A stretch of 64,000 nucleotides of DNA from an uncultured Acidobacteriaceae bacterium (GTDB lineage: Bacteria > Acidobacteriota > Terriglobia > Terriglobales > Acidobacteriaceae), in contig CAWJXJ010000010.1 in NCBI GenBank assembly GCA_963846795.1, positions 35,673 through 99,672 of the forward strand, given 5' to 3'. Below are positions 1 through 8,542 of this stretch, in pieces (positions within the stretch are counted from its first letter, which is position 1; every line of letters begins with the position of its first letter). A program made the translations under genes and the position numbers. A model generated the notes under the pieces. That model did no database searches. It worked only from the letters and a program-made list of their open reading frames with translations, and was not told the DNA's origin.

Positions 1-537
1 GTAGCAGGCCCACTCGCAACGCGCCTGCCCCACGCAGCACGACGGGGTGCGCAGGTCGGAGCCCGAGCCCCCCAGGTCAAAGCCGGCCTGCGCCAGCTCC
101 TGGAAGGTCGGCTCCAGTTGGTCGGTCGTGGTGCCCAGCAGAATGACGTCGCCGGTCGAGCCGTGCATGTTGGTCAAGCCCGAGCCGTGTTTCTCCCAGA
201 TGTCGCAGATGGTGCGCAGCGCCTCGCTGGTATAGAACCAGCCCGCGGGATGGTTGATGCGCATGGTATGGAAGTGCGCGATGTTAGGAAACTGCTCGCC
301 CAGGTCGCTGTAGCGGCCAATGACGCCGCCGCCGTAGCCCAGCACCCCCACCAGGCCGCCATGTTTCCAATGGCCTTTCTTCTCCTGGTAGGAGAGTTCC
401 AGTTGTCCCAACAGGTCCTTGGGAGCATCACTGGTCTGGCAGGCAGACTTGATCTCTTTTACGAAACTGGGCCAGGGGCCCTTCTCCAGCTCGTCCAGCA
501 GCGCCGTCTTGGGCTTGCCGTTGCCTTCTTCCGCCAT
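1..537 (-). CDS. dsrA: Dissimilatory sulfite reductase alpha subunit, second copy. Only the 5' part is present (about 179 codons); the gene runs off the left window edge.
   Basis: nt 1-537 match 12440-12976 of the complete dsrA. The one difference seen is synonymous (231 A vs 12670 G, Tyr TAT/TAC). ATG at 535-537 is preceded by AAGGAGA. Confidence 0.85.
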   Translation of the reverse strand, partial: MAEEGNGKPKTALLDELEKGPWPSFVKEIKSACQTSDAPKDLLGQLELSYQEKKGHWKHGGLVGVLGYGGGVIGRYSDLGEQFPNIAHFHTMRINHPAGWFYTSEALRTICDIWEKHGSGLTNMHGSTGDVILLGTTTDQLEPTFQELAQAGFDLGGSGSDLRTPSCCVGQARCEWACY

Positions 538-885
538 ATCTCACATTCTCCTTGGCTGGCTGGTGGCGCCGACGGTGGACTGGGGATTCGCCATGGCAGC
601 CTGGCCATCGCAGCGCTTGCCGGCGGCTGATCGGCCATGCGGTGGGGCTGCGATGGACTCGCAAATCCACTATGCCTGAGCGGCGACGCACCCTACGGTG
701 ACGTCCGTCACTCTGTTGCGTGAGAGTTAGACGAACCCAGCATGACATGCTTAACTAACTAGAACTGACAATACCTACTTAGTCGAGTGTGTTAGTCGTG
801 TTACTTATCTCACCCCCTGACCCGCTGCTTCTCCCACCCCCCTACCCCTTCCCAATTATCTTCGTAACTACTCTCCACCCTACCC
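1..885. repeat. Copy 1 of an approximately 885-bp direct duplication (dsrA 5' half plus about 350 bp of upstream leader).
   Basis: Offset 12439 to copy 2. Virtually identical up to about 830. A 1-nt indel and scattered substitutions occur at 830-885, then the copies diverge completely. Confidence 0.95.
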
Positions 886-1309
886 GCTATTAATGGAGCT
901 TCACATCTTGTGCTCTATCACGCTATCCGACTTCGATACCGCTGCTGACTATTTCGGCTTACCAATAAATACGAGTTCTACTCATCGCTTTATTTAGGCT
1001 AATTACCTAAGACGCATATATGCACTGCGTCATAGCAACTCTATGCGAGCCGAGGTCGAGCAGTTTCTATCCCAGGTCCGACAATTTCCAAAGGAGCATT
1101 TGAATGGTGAGGGATTTTCAGAATATCGACACCAACGGATTGGGCGCAGATGGCCCGCACTGCAATGGCTGCGGTATCGAGTCACCTTGCTCCCCGGCCG
1201 CGAGCCATAACTGGTCTGCAGCAGGTGGCGCAATTGTACTCGGCAGCTAAGATGAACTATGCGATACTATCTATGGGAAGGAATATATTGAGTACATAGA
1301 GACTACTTA

Positions 1310-1975
1310 ATGCCGCTATTTCCAATTTTTCTAAAACTAGAGAGCCGCCTATGCGTTGTCGTGGGTGCCGGCAAGATTGCAGCCGGCAAGGCTGCCGGAC
1401 TACTCAGCGCCGGCGCTAACGTTGTGGTAATCGCACCCCGCGGAAATGACTGGATTCGGCAGCAGGAACGCGCGGGAAATTTGACCTGGAAGCGGCGCGC
1501 GTTTTCACCGGAAGACGTCTCCGGGGCTACGCTGGTGGTTGCCGCGACTAATTTGAAAGAAACTAACGAAGCTGTGTTTCACGCCTGCGTGCAGCATGGT
1601 GTGCTATGCAACGTCGTCGACGACCCCAATCACTGCGACTTCTTCTATCCCTCGGTGGTACGCCGCGGCGCTCTTCAGATCGCCATTTCAACAGCAGGGA
1701 AAAGCCCCTCCCTGGCCCGCAGGCTGCGTAAAGAATTGGAGCAGCAATTCGGGTCTGAGTACGCGGCCTGGGTGGAGTATCTAGGCAGGATGCGCTCAGA
1801 GGTGCTGCGTCGCAGTGTTACTCCTCAGGAGCGGCAGGCGCTAATAGAGGAACTCTCAAGCGGCGCCGCATTTGAGCAGTTCGTTGCAGCCCAGCCGCGT
1901 GCGCGACGAACGAAGCAGAAAGCGAAAAACCTCGACCATGATGCGGCGATGGACCGCAGATCTTCGAAGCGATGA
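1310..1975 (+). CDS. Precorrin-2 dehydrogenase / sirohydrochlorin ferrochelatase (siroheme synthase N-terminal-domain type, SirC/Met8/CysG-N like).
   Basis: 221 aa. Begins MPLFPIFLKL..CVVVGAGKIAAGKAAGLLSAGANVVVIAP (Rossmann fold), which is typical of this family. Divergent to dsrA copy 1. Confidence 0.75.
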   Translation: MPLFPIFLKLESRLCVVVGAGKIAAGKAAGLLSAGANVVVIAPRGNDWIRQQERAGNLTWKRRAFSPEDVSGATLVVAATNLKETNEAVFHACVQHGVLCNVVDDPNHCDFFYPSVVRRGALQIAISTAGKSPSLARRLRKELEQQFGSEYAAWVEYLGRMRSEVLRRSVTPQERQALIEELSSGAAFEQFVAAQPRARRTKQKAKNLDHDAAMDRRSSKR

Positions 1976-2153
1976 TCGCGCCATCTTCTTGCCCTAATGA
2001 CTCTTCCACGCTGAAACGCCCGCAATCAGGAGATCGGGGAGAGTCCCGGGGGATAAGCTCGCTCCGGCGCGTTGTTCGCCGCCACGATTCGCTTCGTCCG
2101 AATTCCTGTTGGCTGAGGCCGTGACGTTCTGGCCTTGCCTGGAGGAGCAGTCC

Positions 2154-2507
2154 TTAGTACGAATGCGTGCCCAGCACAACCTGAACCTTGTATCGCTTCT
2201 CCAGCCTCATCTTCAGATCATCGAAGTCTATCGGGCATTGGCTGGTCTCCATAGCAGATTTCATGCAGGTGCCGAGGTGGATGACTTCGATGTTACGGTC
2301 AAGGTTATCTGCAGTTTCCGTCAATAACCTGACTCTTGCCAGCGTCAAGCCCGGGCAGTCACCGCAATCCGTCATGGCCACCAAATCGATTTGATCGTGC
2401 CGGGCGAATTCTCCGTTTTTCTCAGCGATCCCCTTGTAGCACTTGGCACATGCAACGCATGAATGGTCTTTGATACGTTTACAGTAGAGAATTGCGATCT
2501 TTGCCAT
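2154..2507 (-). CDS. CGGC-domain-like Cys-rich protein.
   Basis: Start taken at MAKIAILYCKRIKDHSCVACAKC; also has DCGDCPG. GAAAGG lies upstream of the ATG at 2507. Confidence 0.55.
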   Translation of the reverse strand: MAKIAILYCKRIKDHSCVACAKCYKGIAEKNGEFARHDQIDLVAMTDCGDCPGLTLARVRLLTETADNLDRNIEVIHLGTCMKSAMETSQCPIDFDDLKMRLEKRYKVQVVLGTHSY

Positions 2508-2675
2508 GAGCCTTTCCTTTCCGGTGAAGCACTGCCTTAAGTTGTCAGCCAGCGACAAACGTCACTGTGGATGTATAGGCCGCGATGAAAGTCTCCGCGG
2601 AGTCGCGCGAGTGTAGCACCCGGCAGCATCACTCCTCCGCCAGCCACCTTGGCTTAAGCCAATAGTTCGCTCTCT

Positions 2676-3389
2676 CTACTCAAATGCCGACTGTGTCTTC
2701 CATTCCTTCCACACGTTGCCCACGAGGTCGATTCCCGGTTTTAGCGTTGGCTTGCCGGGACGCCAACCCGAGGGCGTTGCTAAAGTACCTTTCGACGCAC
2801 GGACTAACTGGAAGGCCTCAATCTGGCGGATTGACTCCAGAACATTGCGTCCGACGGGCGGCGTCAGAACCTCATAACCCTGAATGACGCCATCCGGATC
2901 GATCAGAAAACGGCCGCGCGTCTCCACCCCGGCGTCTTCGTCGTATACGCCATATACGCTGCCAACATGGCCGCCCGCATCCGACAACATGGGAAAGGGC
3001 ACACCTCCGGTGACCATCTTGCATAATTCTTGGTCGTTCCACATCTTGTGAACGAACATGCTGTCGACGCTCGCCGACAACACTTCCACACCAAGCTTCT
3101 GAAACTCAGGGTATTTCTCGGCGACCGCCGAGAGTTCCGTGCTTCAAATAAAGGTAAAGTCACCCGGATAGAAGCACAGCAGCACCCATTTCCCGAGATA
3201 TTCGGAGAGTTTAAGATTGATGAACTTGCCTTGGTGAAATGCCGGAGCAGTGAAATCCGGTGCCTTCCTTCCGATCAGGATCACTTTGGATATCTCCTTC
3301 CCTGCTTGATGTTCGTTCTCTTTCGGAGCCGTTCCAGACACCGTTCTGCTAACCGGTCGAGCACAACCAGCATTCAACTCTTCAGACAT
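2676..3389 (-). CDS. Peroxiredoxin (AhpC/Prx family) with an in-frame TGA (3144-3146) at the peroxidatic Cys position; candidate selenocysteine peroxiredoxin.
   Basis: ORFs 3144..3389 and 2676..3089 share one frame and are separated only by that TGA. The junction reads [23 protein letters not shown] against the canonical FYPxDFTFVCPTE. Confidence 0.75.
3116..3133 (-). promoter_or_regulatory. SECIS-like hairpin downstream of the Prx TGA.
   Basis: On the sense strand, 10 nt after UGA: UCUCGGC-GGUC-GCCGAGA (7-bp perfect stem, GGUC loop). The loop GU lies 22-23 nt from the U of UGA. Confidence 0.6.
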
Positions 3390-3724
3390 GCTTCCTTGCC
3401 GTAGGGGTAAATACCCGTAATGCCAAATACTAGATGCAAGTTACACCTATAGTATAGTGACACTGTCAAGCTTGCGACCACCTCGCATTCATTTCGCAAT
3501 CACGCAACCCACCGTTATGGTTGGCATGCTGGTCTGGTTCTGGCTTCGGAGGTGTCTCGGGGAGCCGGAGGGGAGAGCCTGATGAATTTCGATAACGGCG
3601 TGGTCGACATCCCTCGCGAACCCCTTGTTACCTCTCTTCTATGTCGGGTCGGATCCACGCGTGAGGGATTTGTTTGACAAACGGAGAGCTAGCGAATCAA
3701 TAGCCAAGCGCCTGCCAGCGAGCT

Positions 3725-4168
3725 TCAGCACCCGGCCTTTACCACCAATACAGGACACGGAGCGTGGCGGATGACTTCTTCTGCAACGCTCCCCAGAAGA
3801 GCCCGTTTGATGCCGCAGCGCCCGTGGCAACCAATAACGATGAAGCTGGCCCCCCACTGCTTGGCGGTGTTGACGATTTCCGCCGCCGATTTTCCCGTTT
3901 GGACGAATTCGAAAGCCTTCAACCCTTCGGGCAGGTGTCCACAGAAGACGGATAGCAGTTTCCTGGCGTCGTCATGCAGGCGAGCCGTCCGCTCCGTGAC
4001 CGAAATGCCGCTCTCCAGAGCGAAATCGCTTTTGGTATCGACGACGTGTACAAACGCCACTTCGGCTCCGAGCTCGCGGGCAAGTTCAATGCCGACGTCG
4101 GCGGCATGAGCCGCAACAGGTTCGCTATCCACGGCGATGAGGACCTTCTGTAAAGGCATAGCTGTCAC
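3725..4168 (-). CDS. Universal stress protein (UspA family).
   Basis: 147 aa. KVLIAVDSEP..., and C-terminal GCHGRCGIKRALLGSVAEEVIRHAPCPVLVV. Confidence 0.85.
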   Translation of the reverse strand: MTAMPLQKVLIAVDSEPVAAHAADVGIELARELGAEVAFVHVVDTKSDFALESGISVTERTARLHDDARKLLSVFCGHLPEGLKAFEFVQTGKSAAEIVNTAKQWGASFIVIGCHGRCGIKRALLGSVAEEVIRHAPCPVLVVKAGC

Positions 4169-4285
4169 ACTCCCAAAATCGCGCGGACGCTTCGTCCGCC
4201 CGGGCCAGTATCCCTGTTTATTTCAGCGCAAGTAGAGCACGGTGCTCTGTAACATACATCACATACGGCTATGACGTAGTAGCCA

Positions 4286-5029
4286 TTACAAGCTACTCAG
4301 CAGGTGTCCCAGCTTCCTCTTCTTTGTGTTGAGATACTTCAACGCAAAGGGATTCGATGGGACCTCGCACGGGATTCGCTCTACAATCTCGATCCCGGCG
4401 TTCCGCATAGCCGCAACCTTATCTGGATTATTAGTGATAAGCCTTACTTTACTGATTCCGAGGTGCCGCAGGATTCCAGCCGGCAGTTGAAATTCACGGT
4501 AGTCGTTCTTAAGGCCGAGCCGCTCGTTGGCTTCGACGGTGTCACACCCACGGTCCTGCAACTCGTAAGCCTCCAACTTAGAGGTCAACCCGATACCTCT
4601 TCCCTCTTTCTCTTCATAGATCAGGATTCCTCTGCCCTCTTCGGCAATCATGGACAGAGCGAGCCGCAATTGCTCGCCGCAGTCGCAGCGTAGCGAACCC
4701 AGAGCATCGCCGGTAACACACTGAGAGTGAATGCGCAATAGCGGCGGCATACTCTTTAAATCGCCCATGATCAGTGCCAACGCCGTCTCGCGCCGGCAGA
4801 CTGCCGAGGCAGGTAGATCCCGTTCAAACCCAATCATGCGGAACTGGCCCCAACGGGTTGGGAAATCAACAGATGCGGTTTGTCGAATAGAATCGGGAAA
4901 TGCCGCAATGGTCATCATTACAATATCTCGAAACTGTGCTGCCGTTATGTCTCGAGGTGATTCTACGGAGTGTACGCTCTGCGGTGCGGCGGTATGGGTC
5001 ACAGACCCTGGTGATTTATGCACATACAC
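4286..5029 (-). CDS. ribA: GTP cyclohydrolase II.
   Basis: RIHSQCVTGDALGSLRCDCGEQL and EGRGIGL motifs. The true start may be an internal Met (MMTIAAF). Confidence 0.85.
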   Translation of the reverse strand: MYVHKSPGSVTHTAAPQSVHSVESPRDITAAQFRDIVMMTIAAFPDSIRQTASVDFPTRWGQFRMIGFERDLPASAVCRRETALALIMGDLKSMPPLLRIHSQCVTGDALGSLRCDCGEQLRLALSMIAEEGRGILIYEEKEGRGIGLTSKLEAYELQDRGCDTVEANERLGLKNDYREFQLPAGILRHLGISKVRLITNNPDKVAAMRNAGIEIVERIPCEVPSNPFALKYLNTKKRKLGHLLSSL

Positions 5030-5702
5030 AACTTTCGCGACACGGTGGTGCAGCTTTGGCTCCTGTGACTCCAGAGCACTGAAATTCAGCTTGAGTCAGG
5101 CTAGCAAGCGCCGGCTGTGTACCGATCTCCCTGTATATGTCGCGCTTCGAGCCTAGGTCAAAATTGCGGCGCCCACATCGGGAGAGTTCCTAGTCGTAGC
5201 TAATTCGTTCTATAAAGACTATCGATTTACATAACTATCTTCCGCCAGTCACGTCCCGCCGTGACACTGGTCACTGAAGAACCATAGTCTTCCCAATAGG
5301 ATGCCACTAGCCTTTGGCCTCAATGCCTATCTTTAGATACTATTCGCCGCGATATGCTTCGATAGGAATCTTATGCCTTTTAGTATGTATCCTATCCCTG
5401 CAGACACGGTTGTATCCATTCGGCCCCCAGAAAGCACCCCTGAGAACTTTCGTCGACTCCGAACTTTGGAAGAGGGGACACAGCACAGAGTTATGCACCT
5501 CAAGCAATAGTAATGTTCTATATGAAACATCCGTGCCTTTTGTCCCTCCATGTCCAGATTCTTCCGTGATGAGATGCGTTCCTGAGAAGCCCGCCGCAGC
5601 CTTCAATGGCTTGGAGTGGGCAGACCGGTTGCAACGACCTCCACCGGGTCGAACGCCAGACGATGCTTTCTGGGGTTTCGCAAGAAATCTCAGGAGGATG
5701 CG

Positions 5703-7224
5703 ATGCGCAGCCTTTACTCCGTAATGGCGGCAGTTTTACTCGTTGTCAGCCACTGTTTTGCAGGGTCCAGCAGTACTCAACCTAGCGATCAACCTTCCGG
5801 CCAGAACACAACACAGGCAGTTGCGTCGGCAGCGCTTGCGTCCAATCTTGAAGTTCGCATGCAGGCAATCGAGCAGAAGCTTGAGCAGCTTGAGGATCGG
5901 CTGAATGCAGTACTTCCGGCAACTCCGTCGGAAGGTCCGGCACCCACTCCCCCTGCCGATCTCGTTGAGCGCATGGACTCGCTCGACGAAAAGCTCCAGT
6001 TGCTTGAACACAATGCGAAGGTGGAGGAAGGCCCGACCGTTACCGCGGGGCGCGACACATTTTCCATCTCCAGCCCGGACAAAGCATATCGTTTGAGGAT
6101 TGGCGGTCACTTGCAGTTGGACGCCAAGTTCTTTCCCGACGACACCGGCGACCTGCTGATCAACTCTTTCAACCTTCGTCGTGCCCGACCGATTTTTGAA
6201 GGCTCGCTCGGACAATATGTGGACTTCCGGTTTATGCCGGACTTCGGCAATGGTCAAACAGCAATTTATGATGCCTACGCCGACGTCAAGGTGTCGCCTT
6301 ACCTAGTTCTGCGTGGTGGTAAATTCAAGACTCCACTTGGCCTGGAACAGCTGGAAAACGACGCTGACCTGACCTTTATCGAGCGCTCCCTGGCGACCGA
6401 CCTGGTGCAGAACCGAGATGAAGGTTTGCAAGTCTACGGAGTTATCAACCAGCGCTTCACCTATCAGTTCGCCGTGGACAATGGCGCTCCCATCGGCGCC
6501 AGTATCACCGTTCCCACGCAGGGCGGAAAGAACATGGTCGAGCGTATCTTTTTTACGCCTTTCGCTCCCACTGACAACAAAGCTTTTGAAAGGGCTTGGA
6601 CTGGGCATTGCCTCATCCCAAGGACACCAGAACCCTGGCGCCACGCTACCTACCTTTCTCAGCACCGGCGGGCAGGCTGTATTCTTTAGCTATACCGGAA
6701 CGGCGTTGGTTAAATCTCCGTTTACAGATGGAAGCCTGACCAATATTTCGCCGCAGGCATACTACTATGCGGGCCCATTTGGTTTAATGGCCGAGTATGT
6801 AAGCTCCTCGCAAGACATTGGCGGAACAACCGTCGACAAAAAGACGATCGTGCGTGCCATCGACAATCATGCCTGGCAGATAGCTGCCTCATGGATACTT
6901 AGCGGCGAACCGAGTTCCTACAAAGCTATAGTGCCGTGCAAATGCCTTGAAAGCGGCCATCAGGTCAGAGGTTGGGGTGCGTGGCAGTTAGCCGCACGTT
7001 ATTCGCAACTGACGGTGGATCCGGATGCGTTTACTGCTGGATTGGCGGACATTACAAAATCGGCCAGGGCTTCGTACGACTGGGCCGTAGGCCTGAACTG
7101 GTACATAAACTTCTTCACCAAGCTACAAACAGATTACGAACAGTCAACGTTTACTCGCGGCGCTGTGAACGGTAATCGGCCAACCGAGCACGCCATCATG
7201 GAGAGGTTACAGATCGCTTTCTGA
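5703..7224 (+). pseudogene. Phosphate-selective porin O/P (OprO/OprP-like) outer-membrane porin, interrupted by a 1-nt frameshift.
   Basis: ORFs 5616..6689 and 6418..7224 join as ...FTPFAPTDNKA / LKGLGLGIASSQG if one T of the T4 run at 6584-6587 is removed. Has a signal peptide (MRSLYSVMAAVLLVVSHCFA), a coiled-coil N-terminus and a C-terminal ...LQIAF. Length 1522 = 3n+1. Confidence 0.7.
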
Positions 7225-7291
7225 AGATGAGCATGGCGTCTGCCCCCCCCGCACCTAAACTCGGCGAGAGCAGCGTTGGCGTCCATAAAGC

Positions 7292-7318
7292 TGGCCACAG
7301 CTTCACGAGCTGTGGCCA
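7292..7318. terminator. Perfect 11-bp hairpin between convergent genes (possible bidirectional terminator).
   Basis: TGGCCACAGCT-TCACG-AGCTGTGGCCA. No clear U-tract. Confidence 0.4.
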
Positions 7319-7399
7319 TTAACGTGGGCTTTGGTGGGCTTCGCTGGCGCGTTCGACTGTGAGTCCGAATTCTTGTTTCTTATCGCCTGTTAAGGTATG

Positions 7400-7883
7400 T
7401 CAGGCTGTTGGAATGAGGTTAGGCCCCTGCTTCGAGCAGATCGCGTCGCTCGGCTGCACCAAGGCTGGGGTATGTGAGCTGGACGGGACAGGAAGCCTGG
7501 CGGCCTGGTCGATAATTCGCCGCACAATCTTCTCGATGTTGCCGGCAATCTGGTCCAAACCGGAATCCGGGCAGAAGGTGGTGAGCGCTGAGGCCCGCAG
7601 CGTGCCAATCCGCGTCTCGCCCGCTTCGGTGTAGACGACGATCGGACACGGCAGCATGAGAGCCACGTTAACGTCTTTCTGCAGCACCTCATTGGCATAG
7701 CGCGCGTTACAAACTTCGACGATCTTCAGGGGACCGTGACTGATTCCATCGGAGCACAGGAGTGGCCGCAACATCGCAGGTATGTATCACCTGGCACCCA
7801 TTTTCCACCACGCTCTTTTCCAACTCATCGACTGCGGCGTCGAACAGCTTCGTGGTGGCTACGGTGTAGAGAAATCTTTTCAG
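7400..7883 (-). pseudogene. DUF302-domain protein, frameshifted.
   Basis: ORF 7400..7774 carries KIVEVCNARYANEVLQKDVNVALMLPCPIVVYTE. The N-terminal part (LKRFLYTVATTKLFDAAVDELEKSVVENGCQVIHTCDVAAT) lies in another frame upstream. The join needs a 1-nt deletion near 7757-7762. Length 484 = 3n+1. No canonical start was found (a CTG follows GGAGG). Confidence 0.5.
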
Positions 7884-8209
7884 CTCGAGCCTCCAGCCCC
7901 GCGTATCCTGACACCCTCAAGGCCCGGCGTCAGATCCTGAAGTTCGCAACCACATGGGTCAGCGTATCAGCGCGATCGCGAGTCGCCAATGCATGACAGT
8001 GGATGTGGCTACTCCTACGTTCTTCGAGATGGGCGCGCCAACTGCGTGAAAACATGCCCGACCGACAGACGCTCCACGCATCTTTCGCGGCGAGCGCTTC
8101 GTGCGAGCAACTAAAGCCAGGTGTCCGGCGAAGCCGCGCCGCCATTCGTTAATGCGAATCTCCCGTTGCGCTCAGCATTGCACGGACTGGGCGCGAGAGG
8201 TCATTGTAC

Positions 8210-8527
8210 CTAGACGCAGCCCGTAGGTTTGGGGAGGCCGGCCAGTTTGCAGGCGCCTTTAGCGGGGCCGGAGGGGAACAGGTCGTAGATCTGCTTGAGG
8301 GTGAAGCCGGTCTCCTTGCACACCTTGCGAACCATGGGCGCGATGCCGAACTGCAGGTAATAATTGCGAATGTAGTTGATCACTTTCCAGTGCGCGTCGG
8401 TCAGTTGGCTGATCGATTCTGTCTCCGCGAAGTCGGTCGCTACCTTCTCGCACCAGCTCTCCGGCTGCTGCAGGAATCCATCCTCATCCACGTCGTAGGT
8501 TGTTCCGTGTACTGCGAATGTCGGCAC
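8210..8527 (-). CDS. dsrC: DsrC (sulfite reductase gamma-like / TusE family) with both conserved C-terminal cysteines.
   Basis: 105 aa ending GACKLAGLPKPTGCV (Cys-x10-Cys-Val). Confidence 0.9.
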   Translation of the reverse strand: MPTFAVHGTTYDVDEDGFLQQPESWCEKVATDFAETESISQLTDAHWKVINYIRNYYLQFGIAPMVRKVCKETGFTLKQIYDLFPSGPAKGACKLAGLPKPTGCV

Positions 8528-8542
8528 AGTCTGACCTCCTGA

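Noticed and set aside
3090-3146. The peroxiredoxin read as a pseudogene split by a nonsense mutation.
   Set aside because: The stop is TGA, sits exactly at the catalytic Cys codon, is the only interruption, and is followed by a SECIS-like hairpin at the right distance. Sec recoding is the better hypothesis, though still unproven.
5314-5724. 136-aa ORF in the AT-rich region upstream of the porin gene.
   Set aside because: It has no RBS, odd composition and no family resemblance, and it overlaps the likely porin promoter/leader. It also runs into the better-supported porin start at 5703.
7930-8145. 71-aa minus-strand ORF between dsrC and the DUF302 gene, considered as a possible dsrD-like small gene.
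   Set aside because: The sequence is Arg/Ser/His-rich with no winged-helix DsrD features, and no RBS was seen.
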